From Eledone cirrhosa (taxonomy: Eukaryota): DNA of 64,000 bases. How positions within the stretch are numbered: position 1 is the first letter of the stretch; every line of letters begins with the position of its first letter. The translations under genes were made by a program, and so were the position numbers. The notes under the pieces are model-generated. The model saw only the letters and a list, made by a program, of their open reading frames with translations, was not told the origin of the DNA and did no database searches. The stretch is taken from contig OZ024740.1 of assembly GCA_964016885.1 (NCBI GenBank), forward strand, positions 108,500,001 through 108,564,000, given 5' to 3'. This document shows, piece after piece, positions 14,093 through 27,600 of this stretch.

Positions 14093-14280
14093 TAATTGTT
14101 TCTACTTTAGGCACAAGGCCAGCAATTACCCAGTGCATTACTGGTACTTTATTTTATCGACCCCGTAAGGATGAAAGGCAAAGTCAACCTCGGCAGGATT
14201 TGAACTCAGATCGTAAAGGGACGTAACTATGCTGGAAAGCATGGCGTCCGACCCTCTACCGATACTGCCAATCCACCGCC
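14093..14280 (-). mobile_element. young tRNA-derived SINE
   Basis: Minus: A-box TGGCAGTATCGG, B-box GAGTTCAAATCC, central GCCTTTCATCCTTACGGGGTCGATAAAATAAAGTACC domain; near-identical copies at 32480-32665, 34920-35090, 41544-41728, 52425-52605, 63884-64000; older copies at 11430-11870, 16125-16435, 26095-26255, 32255-32460, 37936-38065. Confidence 0.9.
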
Positions 14281-14908
14281 CTTTCATTAAATAATATGAT
14301 AATGAAAGAGTTAAAGCTGGAGCTGTTGTATCATAGAAGCAGTGGTCTTGGGTTGGTTGGTTTCAAAAGGGTTGATACATTCTTTTGAAGGGTATAACCT
14401 GACATTTTAATGTTCACTAGACAAATGCTAAGTCTCTGCTTCCATATTCCATTTAAGAGAACCCACAATTACTATCCCATTTGATGTGCTGTCAATAATT
14501 TATGGGAGTTTCTATATCAATGACTCAGTTTTATACAGTAATACCCAATGTCAGCTAGCACCCAAACAAATGTTGGTTTGAAACATCATACTGTGAGATA
14601 TTGATTTATTCTATACAGAGAAAGTTCATTTTCGTGTAATATTCCCTGATTTTACATTCCTTGATACTTAACACCACTAGAGAAAATGATTTTTGTCCAG
14701 CCTTAAATATTTGTTGCATTTGTCACAGGATATTAGAGAGAAATATTCATCATAGGGATGTTGCCAGACTGACTTATAACATTTCCTTCTTTTAAAATAA
14801 GGCAGGAACATTTATCAATGCTAAACACCATCATTGTATATTTTGAGTATGTTGTAACTGGGATAAACACTGTTCTTGTATATTTTGAGTATGTAGTTAC
14901 TGGGTTAA

Positions 14909-15129
14909 CCCTTTAGCATTCACATTACTCTATATTTACTATTATATTTTCATGGTAAAAGCTTTACCTCACATAATTATCTGACATAATATCGAATCTA
15001 TGAGATTTTGATATTATTTATTTTGGGAATGATACCTTAACATCAATATGAATGGTTGGTTATGGCTGGTTTGAACAGAAAGAGGTGAGAGAATTCTGGC
15101 CGGATATGGCCGGTTTAAATGCTAAAAAG
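14909..15129. mobile_element. piggyBac-like MITE
   Basis: Same family as 1363-1539, TTAA-flanked. Confidence 0.7.
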
Positions 15130-15849
15130 TTAAACACCATTCTTGTATATTTTGTGTATGTAGTAACTGGGTTAAAGCTTCTTTTATATTAGTTTGATTG
15201 TAATTCTTGCATAAAATTGATATTATCGGCAAAAAGGTTCTGTGTGAGGGTGCTGTTTATATCTTCACTTAAGCCAATCCTATATATGGAGTTCATTCAT
15301 CATTATCCATGTTTTCCATGCTGGCATAGGTTGAAAAATAATATCTTGTTCGTATATTCCATTTTGATATGGTTTCTACAGATGGATGCCCTTCTTAAGA
15401 ACAACAATTATAAAGTGCACTGGGTGTTTTTTTATCAAAACACCATCACTGGAGAGAGAGGTTTTTATTGTCATTGACATGACTAGAGAATCTTTTCTAC
15501 CTTACAATATCTCCATTTGATCACCAACCATTTTACAGAGTGTACTGGGTGTATTTTATCACAATTCCAGATTGTCCCTTGTAAGTATAATATCATTACA
15601 GAAAACTTGTCTTTTTAGAATATAATCCTGTGATACTTTATCTAATGAGAAACAATGATATTAATACCTGCGGAGGGCAACCAAGGATGAAGACAAGTTA
15701 CCTATGGCTCTTGTTATGGCTACTGAAACTTTAACAAAGCAAAATACCTTTAGCATCCTGAAGTAGGGAATAGAATCAAATGCTTTCTCCTAAATACCTT
15801 CAAATTAACCAAATTATTGTCATACTGCTAACATTATTGTTGTTTACAG

Positions 15850-15968
15850 CCAAGAAAACTGGAAAGCAAGTATTTGTTAGCAGTAATTTAACTTCTGATC
15901 AAAAGATGGTACCTCTTGTAGAACAAAGAATATTTGAAGAACTGAAGCTATATCCAGAAAAGTTCTAA
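15850..15968 (+). CDS. PSMG4: last coding exon of proteasome assembly chaperone 4 (PAC4)
   Basis: Acceptor TTTACAG| then (A)KKTGKQVFVSSNLTSDQKMVPLVEQRIFEELKLYPEKF*, matching the PSMG4 C-terminus (human, from memory: ARKTNKQVFVSYNL...LVENRIKEEMEAFPEKF); upstream exons not found in the window. Confidence 0.9.
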
Positions 15969-16708
15969 TATTGATTTCTTCACTTTTATGGTATGTAAAT
16001 ATTTACTTTTGTTTTACCCTTTTGTATTTTTAACATAAATTTACTACCTCTATGTTATAATTATCAAAGTAATCAAGAGTTGTGGCAGGATTAATTAAAT
16101 AACTAACTTTCAACTTAATTTTTTTTAACAATGGCATAAGGCCAGCAAGTTGGAGGCAGAGGAAAGTTGATATTATCACTCCTAGTACTTAACTGATTAT
16201 CATCATATTGGGCAGATTGCCCGGGCCAACTTCATTCTCACTTTCCATTTGTCCCTGTCCTCCATTGCTGTTTTCAGGTCTTCAATTGTCAAACCAACAT
16301 CTTTATTTTATTGACCCCAGAAGGATAAAAGGTAAAGTTTACCTTGATGAAATTTGAACTCAGAATGTAGAAAGCCATAACTAAATGCTGCAAGCATTTT
16401 GTTTGACACTCTACCGATACTGCCAATTCACCACCCTAACTTTCAAGTCAACTTAGAAATAAAACACAAATATTTAACTATCTGTCATGTAATAGTGGAA
16501 TTTTAGTGCAAGATTTGAATTTAAATTTGACCATTTTAACAGAGGTGGTTTCTCACAGTTTGGTGTTTAAAGGGTTAATCACTTTCCTGTATGATTATTT
16601 AGGTGGTGTCAGCAGATTGTAACAGGTTTCATGCAAGATTCTCCAAACTGCTTACTGTGGTTGGCATAAACCTGTCTGAAGCAATGTGAACTTCCTGGTA
16701 GTGGTGTT

Positions 16709-16960
16709 GGCCTCTCAGAGGCTATATAGACACCTCTGCCCCCTCTGAGTAGACTAGGCCTCTCTAAAGCAGTATAGACACCTCTACTTCCTCAATGTAG
16801 ACTCTGCCTCTCTAAGACAGTATAGGCATCCCTGTTCCCTCAGAGTAAACTAGGCCTTTCTAAGTAAGTGTTGACACTCCTGCTCAATTAGAATGGTGCA
16901 GGCTTGTCTAAAACAATGTGGACACCTGTACTCTGAGAGCAGTGTAGGCCTGTTTGAAAC
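16709..16960. repeat. diverged 48-bp tandem repeat (~5 copies)
   Basis: units begin GGCCTCTC..AGTATAGACACCTC..GTAGACT at 48-bp spacing. Confidence 0.75.
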
Positions 16961-19372
16961 ATTGGAATGTTTCAGTGGGAATGTCTAAGGAAGTCTCACC
17001 CTGTTAATCGCATGTTCCAACAGTGTCTACCTGAGAAAACAGGTGTCAACATGATTCATATATAAGGTGATAGTGGAAATGTATTGGAAGATGTCAGGGA
17101 TGGTGGTGTGGGGTGGGGTGGATAACTGGGTCAAGATTAAGAAAATTCTTTCTGATCAGTTGCAAGTCTAAACTAGAAAGCAGGTGCACACTAGCACATA
17201 CATACACCATGTAAATACACACACACCAGGCACACACACATACACCATGTGTACACATATACATAGCAATCACTCACACATACACAATGTGTATGCAGAC
17301 ACCCCAACCACATACATACACACGCATATACACCAAGCACACACACCATGTACATATATGTATATATCTATCTATATACACAGTTATGTTCTACTTCTCT
17401 AATCTCACCAACATGAAAGCTAAGGAAACTCTGTACAAACAAAACCACAATGAAACATCATGTTTGAAATATAGAATTAAAGATCTTTAATCTCTATGTA
17501 TAGACGGCAATTTGGCAGAGTTGTTATAACGACAGATTAGATTAGCAGTGTTTTATTTTGATGCTATGATATATGTACCTTAGAATAGATGTATATATTT
17601 CAGCTGACACTAGTACACAAACACTACAAGCCTTTCATGATCAATTTCCCTGCTAAAGTAAGGGCTAACTTTGAGAGACCCTGATAGTCTTTATACTCAT
17701 CTTGAGATCCATTTTGAGGTAATATTTTACAATCAGATGCCCTTTCTTGTGTCTATCTTTTTAACTGTCTCTTATGACATCATTATCATCATTTAACGTC
17801 CATTTTTCCATGCTGGCATGGGTTAGACAAGTTATCCTGTTGTGAGCAATGCTAAGTCAGGTGACCATGTCATGCTCATACAGAACCGATTTTGGCTTGG
17901 TTTCTACAGCTGGATGCCCTTCCTAGCGCCAACCTCATTTATAGTGAATACTGGGCGCTTTTTTGTTGTGAATCCTACACAACCACTTTACAGTGTGGAC
18001 TGAGTGCTTTTTGCTGTGACATCTATAAGAACACTTTACACTACAAGGATAATTTCAGCTCACACTGCATGTATAAGTTAATAAAAACAAAAAGAAGTTG
18101 ATCATCACCTCAGACCAAGGAAACTATGTTTCCATTAGTCTTTCCATTTCAGATATTAACTGTCGATTGCAACTCCTGGCAGAAGCGTCACTGGAGGTGG
18201 GATTTAAATTAGAATGCATACAGCTGGAACAGATACTGCAAGGTATCTTGACCAGTGCTTTGAAAATTTTGTCAACCCACCAACTCTGGACAGGTTCTAT
18301 AAGTCATCATCATCATCATTGATTGCAGTACCACAATCCTTTTCCACTCATTGCAGCTTTCATACTTAGTTGTTACAGTAAAATGCTGGACTTTAAATAT
18401 CTTGATAGAATTTGAACTCAGAACATAAAGTACCACACTAGATACTGCAAGACATCTCATCTGAGGCTCTAAAAATTCATTGCTCTAAAAATCCATTGCT
18501 CTTGACTGGTATTTTATTTTATCAACCCCCAACGGAATGATATGCAGTTTTCCTCAGTAGGATTTAAACTCAGAGTGCAAAGAACCAGAACAAGGTATTC
18601 TTTGTGATGCTTTAACGACTGCCAATAGACTAATAATTCTATAGTAAATTCATAATTATCATCATCGTTTAACGTCCATTTTCTATGTTAGCAGTATCAA
18701 ATTTATAAAGATCTTTTAGAGTTAAGTTTAGAGAATAAAATTGAAAAAGAAATTGTTAACATTTTGTTTTCTCTTGTGGAAACAAAATCATTTTTATAAT
18801 AATTCATTTTCCAATAATATTTTGTTTGTTTTGCTGATTTTTTTTGTTTTTTTTTTGTCTTTCCTTTCCTTCAAAAGGAATATTAAATAATCCACAACTT
18901 CCAAAGATTATCAAGATTAACAAAATTATTCTGTTGTAAGCCAGCAAATGACTGAATCTGCTGAAATATTTCTGTTGCCATCATGTTGCATCAGTGTGCA
19001 TGTCTGTGTGTGTATACACACACAGTTATACACACATGTATAAACATTGTATGTATACAGCATGCATGTGTATGTATGTTTGTATGTATATATGTATGGT
19101 TATATGTAAGTGTACAAAGTGCCGTGTTGCATGGTAGTGAGGTATGAACATTAAATACAGAGGATGCGCATCTCTGTGCATGTGTGAATGTACGTGTATA
19201 TGTAAGTGTACAAAGTGTTATGTTACATGGTACTGTGATGTGGACATTAAATGCAAGAAATGTGTGGAATCTAGAAAGAATTGCTCCTTTGAGTATGCAC
19301 CATTGGGTGTATAATATTAGTGTGTTTAAATGACAAATGTGTGTGTTTATGACAAAACACAAATTAACAGTA

Positions 19373-19709
19373 CAGTTGTCCCCTGGTATTAGCAGGGGTT
19401 ACGTTCCTAGGGCACCCGTGAATATTGAACGTGGTCCATAAAAATGCCTATAAATGTCAAAATAGAACATAAAATATAATTTAAAAAAGAGGGAGCGTCT
19501 TATGTGAAGGGGCGTCCAATAGGCCAGCAAATACGGTATATTGTTATTAATAATTTAGCATTAAAAAAATGTATATTGCCATGAAAAAAACCATTAAAAA
19601 AATCGGGGAAGATATTTACAATTCTGCAATTATTAGTTAGGTTCTAAGAAAAATTCCGTGAATAACTGGGACCATGAACACCAGGATAGCGAATGCCAGG
19701 GGTACACTG
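19373..19709. mobile_element. Tigger/pogo-like MITE
   Basis: TA-CAGTTGTCCCCTGGTATTAGC ... GCGAATGCCAGGGGTACACTG-TA. Confidence 0.75.
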
Positions 19710-20069
19710 TATTAATCCTTTTGATAGCAATCTGGCAAAACCAACTTTGGTTTTCTGAAACAAACCCACTGAATTTTTTAACATAATTTTATATAAGAAT
19801 GATACATTAAGTTACGATTTAAGAAATAAAGTAATTTTAGAAAACTCCTCATTAATTAATTGAAATTTCATTAGAAATCTTGTGATGAAAGGGTTAAAAA
19901 AATTAGATGTTGTGTGCTAAAGAGAAGATTGCACTTGTATGAAGAAGTGGATGGAAGATATGGTAGAGATTGATCAAGGAAAATTTGGCTGAAGTGATGA
20001 AAGAAGGTTTCAGGATGCTGACCTTCAGAACAGATATGACAAAGGAAAAAGACAAATGGTGGTATGGTG

Positions 20070-22195
20070 TCATCATCATCATCATCATCAACGTTTAACG
20101 TCCGTGTTCCACGCTTGCATGGGTTTGGACGGGGGTATTCCCACTTGAGGCAAGAGTGATTGTCTTGCTCGCATAGGACTGTCTGGCAAGTTTTCTACAG
20201 CTGGATGCCCTTCCTAACACCAAGCACATTTACAGTGTGGGGCTGGGAGGTTTTTACTGTGTTGCCTACACGGCCACATTACAGCGTGGACTGTGTGTTT
20301 TTTTGTCGTGACACCTACACGATCTCATTTGTTTCGGCCTGGATGGTGTGGCACCAACATAACTTTACATAGAAGGGGGTGGTGTGGATGGGGTGGGGGT
20401 GGTGGGACGGGGTGTATTTTGTTAGAGATGCCTACTGGCTGTAGTAGGTTTTACTATGTATTTAGGTAAGGCGGGTCTTCTCTATTACTGAGTACCGCCA
20501 AAGGTCTCGGTCCAGTGACATTGTCTTGGAGAGATGTAAGTGTGTGAGGTCGGAGTTTATCAGCTCGTCCCAGATTTTTCTAGGTCTGCCTATTCCGTGG
20601 CTACCGTCTATCTTTATTGCCCTGCACTTTGTTATACAGCTATCGACTTTCATGCGCATCACGTGTCCATACCAAAGTAGCCTTCTCTCGAGTAAACAAC
20701 ATCTGATCCCTCTTATTTCTAATTTTTTCCTTAGTTCGTTTATGCTTTGCCATTCACGTATATTACTATTACACATCCAGTGGAGCATGCAAGCTTCGTT
20801 CCTCTCTAGTCTGCGTATATCCTCTACACACAATGCCCAGGTCTCACTGCCATGCAACATTGCTGTTCGTATGCAGGCATCATACAACCTGCCTTTCATT
20901 TTTAGGGAGAACCCTTTAGCAGCTAATAGTGGTATAAGCTCTCTGAACTTTTTCCATCCAGTTCTGACTCTAGCTACTGTACTTTCAGAGCACCCTCCCC
21001 CACTGCTGATTTTGTCACCCAGGTAACGGAAGCTGTCCACTATTTCTATAGAGCCCTCTGCGCAGTTGTAAGAGCTAGTATTTTGTGGGCACTTGCTGCT
21101 ACTTATTGCACCAGAGCACCGGCCACATGTAAAATCTATGTTCTTAGTTAGCTTACCTGTGATCCCACTACATCTTTTATGCACCCATACTTTGCATTTG
21201 GGACATAAAATGGAGTTTCTACCTACGCCTTTCCTACACACTGAGCATGGCCATTTCCCGGAAGGGACCGCCGCCTTATTTTCTTTCCTACAAACTAGAA
21301 CTTTAGTTTTAGCCAGGTTAATTTTAAGGCCTTTTGATTCTAGGCCGTGCTTCCATGTTTGGAATTTCTTCTCTAGCTCGGCTATTGATTCAGCTATGAG
21401 TGTCAGGTCGTCTGCGTATAGGAGTTCCCATGGGCAGCCGGTCTTGAACTCCTCTGTTATAGCCTGAAGGGCAATAATAAATAGTAGGGGGCTGAGAACA
21501 GAGCCCTGATGGACGCCAACTTTTACGCTAAACTCTTCACTATATTCGTTGTTAATTCTAACCTTGCTGACTGTTTCTTTATACATGGCTTGTATAGCTC
21601 TCACAAGCCATTCGTCGACACCTAGTTTTCTAAGGGCCCACCAGATAATGGAGCGGGGGACTCTGTCGAAGGCTTTCTCCAAGTCGACAAAAGCTAAGTA
21701 GAGGGGTTTACCTTTAGCTAGGTACTTCTCCTGTAGTTGTCGTACAATGAAAAGAGTGTCTGTGGTACTTTTGCCTGACACAAACCCGAACTGCATTTCA
21801 TCTAGATCAATTCTCTCTCTGATTAGTTGCGCTATTACTTTTTCCGTGACCTTCATGACCTGGTCGATTAATTTAATGCCTCTATAGTTACTCCTATCTA
21901 GGGCATCTCCTTTACCCTTATAACAGTTAACGATGATGCTGCTATGCCAGTCCTTCGGAACAACCCCATTCTGTACGACTTGGTTAACTATGCGGGTGAC
22001 CATGGTGTGTCCCACCGTGCCAGATGCCTTCAGCATCTCAGCAACTATTTCCGAAGGCCCAGCCACCTTACCCGTCTTCATATCCTTGATTGCCTTACTT
22101 ATTATACTACCCTCGACTAACACTGCTGGTCCCTCTATTGGGTCGATGTGGGGGAGACTGTCTTTCTCCCATTTATTCTCCTCATTTGTACTGGA
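20070..22195 (-). mobile_element. 5'-truncated RTE-clade LINE
   Basis: Open RT ORF followed by 3' UTR and (GAT)n tail. Confidence 0.95.
20462..22123 (-). CDS. RTE reverse transcriptase (endonuclease domain missing) with embedded C4HC3 finger
   Basis: NYRGIKL, QFGF, FVDLEKAFD, GVHQGSVLSP, YADD, CSVC..CPKCKVWVHKRC..CGRC, FRYLG. Confidence 0.92.
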   Translation of the reverse strand: MLVEGSIISKAIKDMKTGKVAGPSEIVAEMLKASGTVGHTMVTRIVNQVVQNGVVPKDWHSSIIVNCYKGKGDALDRSNYRGIKLIDQVMKVTEKVIAQLIRERIDLDEMQFGFVSGKSTTDTLFIVRQLQEKYLAKGKPLYLAFVDLEKAFDRVPRSIIWWALRKLGVDEWLVRAIQAMYKETVSKVRINNEYSEEFSVKVGVHQGSVLSPLLFIIALQAITEEFKTGCPWELLYADDLTLIAESIAELEKKFQTWKHGLESKGLKINLAKTKVLVCRKENKAAVPSGKWPCSVCRKGVGRNSILCPKCKVWVHKRCSGITGKLTKNIDFTCGRCSGAISSSKCPQNTSSYNCAEGSIEIVDSFRYLGDKISSGGGCSESTVARVRTGWKKFRELIPLLAAKGFSLKMKGRLYDACIRTAMLHGSETWALCVEDIRRLERNEACMLHWMCNSNIREWQSINELRKKLEIRGIRCCLLERRLLWYGHVMRMKVDSCITKCRAIKIDGSHGIGRPRKIWDELINSDLTHLHLSKTMSLDRDLWRYSVIEKTRLT

Positions 22196-22954
22196 GAGAA
22201 TTCATCTAACTCATACAAGTATGGAAAAACTGACATAAAAATGATCATGATGACGATGATAACAACAATGGCATTGATGATAAAAACAAAGGTCTGTTTC
22301 CCCAGTGGCTAGCATTACTTTATCAGTAAATATCAGTGAAGCTTCAACTATTTCTGAATCCATTTATATAATCAAAACAATTTATGAAATTCTCAATGAA
22401 TGTAATGTTTTGATCCATTGATGTGCCCTCCGTAGGTTTCAACAATGTGTATCCAAACTAGACATCCAGTTTATGAATTAATGTGTAAGTGGTCAAATAT
22501 TCCACAGACATGTGTGCCGTTAACATAATTCCCAAGCTGAATCAACCTGACACAGTAACACAGCCGAACCTTTGACTTACAGGTAAGGTTCATCTAACAG
22601 GCTGCCACTCAGTTTCTGTCTTCCAAATTTCAGTCACATGGCTTAAATCAACCAGAGACTATGGTAAAAACACTTGTCCAAGATGCCACACCATGTGATT
22701 GAACCTGTGACCTCATGATTACAAAGCTAACTTCTTAACCACACCAGCCATACCTGTATCCATTATTAAAACAGTGGTAGCAGCAATCAGGCCAGTTTAT
22801 CTTATTTGATATTCTGCTGAAGAAGAGTTACGAGAATTTAATATAGGCAGAACTAACTATTGAACAATAGCAAACATAATTTTTCATTCTCGTTCACTGC
22901 TAATTGCTGTTTTATTATTGGTTTATATTAAAGGAGAGCTGTTGTGTATTGAGG

Positions 22955-23075
22955 TAGACTGTGGTGGATGTACCCCTCTATAGCTAGATGGATTGTGGTG
23001 AATGTACCCCTGTATAGCTAAATGGATTGTGGTGAATGTACCCCTGTATAACTAGGTGAATTGTGGTGAACTGTG
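22955..23075. repeat. 34-bp tandem repeat (~3.5 copies)
   Basis: unit GGATTGTGGTGAATGTACCCCTGTATAGCTARAT; one further unit at about 23788-23822. Confidence 0.85.
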
Positions 23076-23760
23076 AAATGGACCTCCTTTAGTTTCAACA
23101 ATGAGTGTTCCAGTTGCTCAAAGAACAGAACAGCCTGTTCATGAAATTAACATGTAAATGATTGAGCATTCCATAGATATGTAATTCTCAGGAAGATTCA
23201 ATATGATATGATACAGTATGCACAAGGCTGTCCCTTTGAATTACTGGTGTAGTCGATCCGATGGATTTCTACACAGTTTCCATCTACCAAATTTCACTTA
23301 CAAGGTATGGGTTGACCGAGAAGACCCCCCCCCCCTCGATCACAAATGACCATGGGATTTGCACCTAGAAAGTTTCCCTCCGAGGCACAAGTCTGGGCAA
23401 GGTTGTTTGTGGAAGACCAGCAGTCGCCCATGCATACCAGCCTCCTCTCTCCATGCCACCGATGATGTCCAAGGGAAAGGCTATGGGCGATACAGCTTGG
23501 CACAGTGACGTCACAACTCATTTCTACAGCGGAATAAACTGAAGCAACATGAAATAAGTGTCTTGCTCAAGGACACAACACATCACCCAGTCTGAGAAGC
23601 ATACTCACAACCTTTCAATTACAAGCCCAATGCTCTAACCACTAAGCTATGCGCTTTCAAGGCTATGGTAAATGACACTTGCTGAAGATACCACACAGTG
23701 GGATTGAACCTGGGACCTAATGATTGCAAAGTGAATGTCTTAATCATTCATCCATACTGA
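23070..23760 (-). mobile_element. nested tRNA-derived SINEs of older families
   Basis: Minus-strand tRNA-like heads (TAGCTTAGTGG; GGTTCAATCCC) and a TGTCCTTGAGCAAGACACT body; related copies at 22420-22760, 26355-26500, 33590-33860. Confidence 0.65.
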
Positions 23761-23994
23761 GTTTACAGTGAACAGTAACAAGCTATGGTACCCCTGTATA
23801 GCTAGGTGAACTGTGGTGAACTGGAGTTCTCACAGATACTCAAATGTCTTGGTTTTGGGTACAGAGATGAGCAGTAGGTTAGAAACCGTGGAACCATTAC
23901 ACAATTGTAATCCAACACCTGGTAACTCTGGAATTTGGAAGTCTTAGATAATATAAATCAACTTATATTGTTAAAGAAGAGGAAGAATGGTCAC

Positions 23995-24443
23995 TCCTAC
24001 TACTCACCACAACCATCACCACTGCCACCATTACCATTACCACCATCAGCAGCAACACCACCACCACAAAAACAACAACACTAACCATTACAACAGCGAT
24101 AGCTATCACTATTACTACAACAAAAACCACTACCATAGCAATTACCACCATCTCCACCACCTCAGCAAAAGCCACAAAAACATAAACAACCACCACCACC
24201 ACAACAACAATAACCATCAGGACAACAACTATATTTAAATCATTCCTCCCCCACCTGGATACCAGCTATAAGCATTGAATAGCTGGCATTGTTGTTGACC
24301 AACTCTGGGGGGTATGGTGGTGGCAGTGGCAGCAGTGGTCATGGCTATAGTTGTGGTGGTGGTGGTGGTGGTGGTAGTGGTAGTGTTTGTGGTGGTGGTG
24401 GCAGCGGTGGTGGTGGTGGTGACAGTAGTAGTGGCTGCAGTGG

Positions 24444-24483
<40 letters not shown>

Positions 24484-24495
24484 ACCCACCACCAC
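23995..24495. repeat. compound (CAC/CAA)n, (GGT)n and (GT)n simple repeats
   Basis: Visible low-complexity tracts; source of spurious His/Thr/Val ORFs. Confidence 0.9.
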
Positions 24496-26555
24496 TGGCC
24501 ACTGGTCCAGTTTACAAGTTTCTCATTCTTGAAACATGTAAAATCTTGTCTGTGAGAACTGATTTATTCCAGTGACTATTTAATAACCATATATTTCTCC
24601 AGACCAGTGGCAACAAGTATGGATGAAAAATCATAATAATACACAAGTGTCTGTATGTCTATGTATATGTGTGTGTGTGATGTATGTCTTTGTATGTGTA
24701 TGCCATATGTATGTCTCTGTGTGTGTTTTTTTGTAGAAGAGACTTTAAATCTCACCACTTTCTGAATTCCCCTTCTCTCTCTCTCTTTCTCTCTTCATTC
24801 TCTCCCTCTTTCCCTTTCTTTCTCAAACACACACAGCACACTCTAAATATTTCACGTATACACTTGTTAAACCTCTCTCTCTCTCTCTTACACACACACT
24901 TATTAAATCCATGTCTTTCAGACTCCCCCCTACTTCCCTTCTAAATCCTTCTAAATCTGTTTTAATTAGCTAAACAATCACCAGCTTCCACAAACTGCTT
25001 AAGTACACATTTCCAAGGCCTACCTTCTCTTCTATACAGATATTATTAATATTATTATTATCATCATCATATATTTAGTTATGAAGCAGATCAGTAGTAA
25101 TGGCAGATATGCTCACATTTTTATTATATATTTTGAAAATGAACAAACTTGTCTGGGCATGGCTCTGAAAATCTCCATCTTTATGGTGACTGTTCACTAT
25201 TTCATGGATAACTTTGTTTGGAGACAAAGTAAAGTAGTTAGGTGTATAAGATGAATTAAACAGCAACTCATTAGTTGTAGATTCAAATCCATTGTAGATG
25301 TTTTTGTTTCTGGGTAGGACTCATTTTACCTTTTTCATACCAAACTACCTAAACCACTCCTGGTTCTATGATAAAAAGCTGTTTATTTTAAAGTATTTAT
25401 ATTTATCTAAAAACCTTCCATCATAATTCTATGTAAGATCCTTTGTTAAGTTATGTTCCAGACACCAGCTTGATTATTTTCAATATAATTTTCAAATAAT
25501 TTTGAAAATAATTAAGAATTTAGAGGGCTAACTAACTTTCTTATTAATTAGTTCTGGTTCTCAAAAAAGATAAACACCCATTTTATAATGTTCCTATTTA
25601 AAAATCCAAGTCTTCCAGCATAATTTTATATAAGAACTATTTAAGTTATTAGCTTAGTAATGAAATAATTAATAATTTCAATAAACCTCTCAAAATTTTT
25701 CATAAATTAATTGAAATAGTCTGTATTTTATTTTAAATAATCATGAAAGGGTTAAGCTGGTGTTTGAAGCATATCTTAACAAGATTCTTACAGACTTATC
25801 ATGGAAGCTTTTTAAATAAATACCATCTCATCTCATCTATTGCTCTTGCTTGATGGGAATGGGGTCATCCTGGCCAGCAATCTCAGAGGTGTCATCATGC
25901 ATAGATAAATGATATGGTATGGTATGGTCCCGTAACTTCCAAGAGTTGTAGGGGTACCATATTGACATACAGCGTTTCTTGGGCATTTAAAGCCTAGCAC
26001 AGCCCATCCCTCTTCAGGCCTGAGAACAGCAGTTTTCATCCAGAGTGATAGATAGAAAGTGAGAGAGAAGAAATGAGAAAGAGATGTAGAGGAAGGATCG
26101 ACTCCAGTACTAGACTGGTACTTTTTTTATGAACCTTGAAAGATGAAAGGCAAAGTTGACCTTGGCGAGATTCGAATTCAGAGAGCAGAGAGCCAGAACA
26201 AATACCCTAAAGCATTCTATCCGACGTTCTAACGACTCTGCTAATTTGCTGCCTGTGTAGATAAATATAAGCGTGTAAATACAATTTTGTATTGTAGATG
26301 CAGAGGAGCAGTTACAGGTGGTTTGGTATCAAAAGGGCTAATTTGTCAGCATATACATGGCTGTGTGGTTATAAAGTTCTCTTAGCATCTCTGTGGTTTT
26401 GGGTTCAATCCTATCACATGCTGTTATGAACAAATGTCTTCTACTATATCCTTAGGGGTCAACTAAATTTGGTAGATGGAGATGGAAACTATGTATAATT
26501 TTGTTAGGTACACCATTATTATATTTGGGGGCAGGTAGGCATAATTAGTCACCCA

Positions 26556-26749
26556 CAGGGCTGGATTAATCATTAAGCAAAATAATTACATGCATAGGGT
26601 ATTAAGGGAAGAGAGGCCTCATTTGATTCAACTTAAGTGTATTTGTTATCTCCATCCCCAACTATTTTTGCAGACTTTATATATGTGGTGGTGTGGGGGC
26701 ACCATAATATTATGCTTATAGCAGCCCGAAAAGATTTAATCCAGCCTGG
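26556..26749. mobile_element. hAT-like MITE
   Basis: CAGGGCTGGATTAA...TTAATCCAGCCTG termini with 8-bp duplication GTCACCCA (26548-26555 and 26750-26757). Confidence 0.75.
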
Positions 26750-27233
26750 GTCACCCAGTTTAACATGACTACCTTGTCCATGGGTCTCTTAAGTAGAGTC
26801 CACGAGAATAACTTTGTCCCTTCCTCTCAGTAGTCTTGAAGTTCTGACAAATGGTCATAGGTACTGCCCTTCCTCTTTTGACTAAACTATACTAAAACTT
26901 TTCAATGTTGGTACTTGTTTAGTAAGGGACTAATTTTGTGACCATGTGCTGAAACTAAAGCAACTACATCACAGAAGAGTCAATTTGGTCATTAAAAAAC
27001 ACACACACAAGAACTGTTAAATTCACTTTACATTTATCTATCAGTTTTCATCAGACTCTTAATGGCTTGGTCACTGACATAATTCTTTGGCAAAGCTTAC
27101 TGTAAAGAAATTGTGAATATTATATTATGTATTGTTATTTTTATTTGCTTGGTCTGTCTAATCTATATATATAATGTCCCGTGTTAACTGAGAAAGTAAA
27201 TGATGATGTGTTCTTTTTATATTTGATTTGCAG

Positions 27234-27600
27234 ATAAATTTGCTGCTTCAGTTGGTTTGCTTCCTTTTTCTTCTTCTCCATAAACCAGCCAACATTCCAT
27301 TCTTCATTCCATCACACACAGAAATAAAGAAAAAATAAACAAAGGATGGAACAATCCAGAAATAACTAAAGGTCTGGTGGTGATGCTGGTGCTGGTAGTG
27401 CTGGAGGGGGCTGGTGGCATTGAACGATTGAACTACATCTAAACAGAAGATTGCAAAACTATTACAGGAATTTTAGTCAATATTCTCTAGCTAATTGATA
27501 AAAATTCCAAACATTTTTGCATGCAAGTGAGTGTGTGTATGCATCAGTGATTATTTTTTTCCTGTTTAATATCATAAATTGATAATTTAATAAAATCATT
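27234..27600 (+). other. candidate non-coding terminal exon (3' UTR) of PSMG4
   Basis: Strong acceptor TTCTTTTTATATTTGATTTGCAG| at 27233, non-repetitive sequence, AATAAA at 27589; could pair with the donor G|GTATGT at 15991. Confidence 0.3.

Noticed and set aside
14093-14280. tRNA genes
   Set aside because: The A and B boxes belong to SINE heads; there is no complete cloverleaf.
23963-24555. His/Thr/Val/Gly-rich ORFs
   Set aside because: They are translations of trinucleotide and (GT)n simple repeats.
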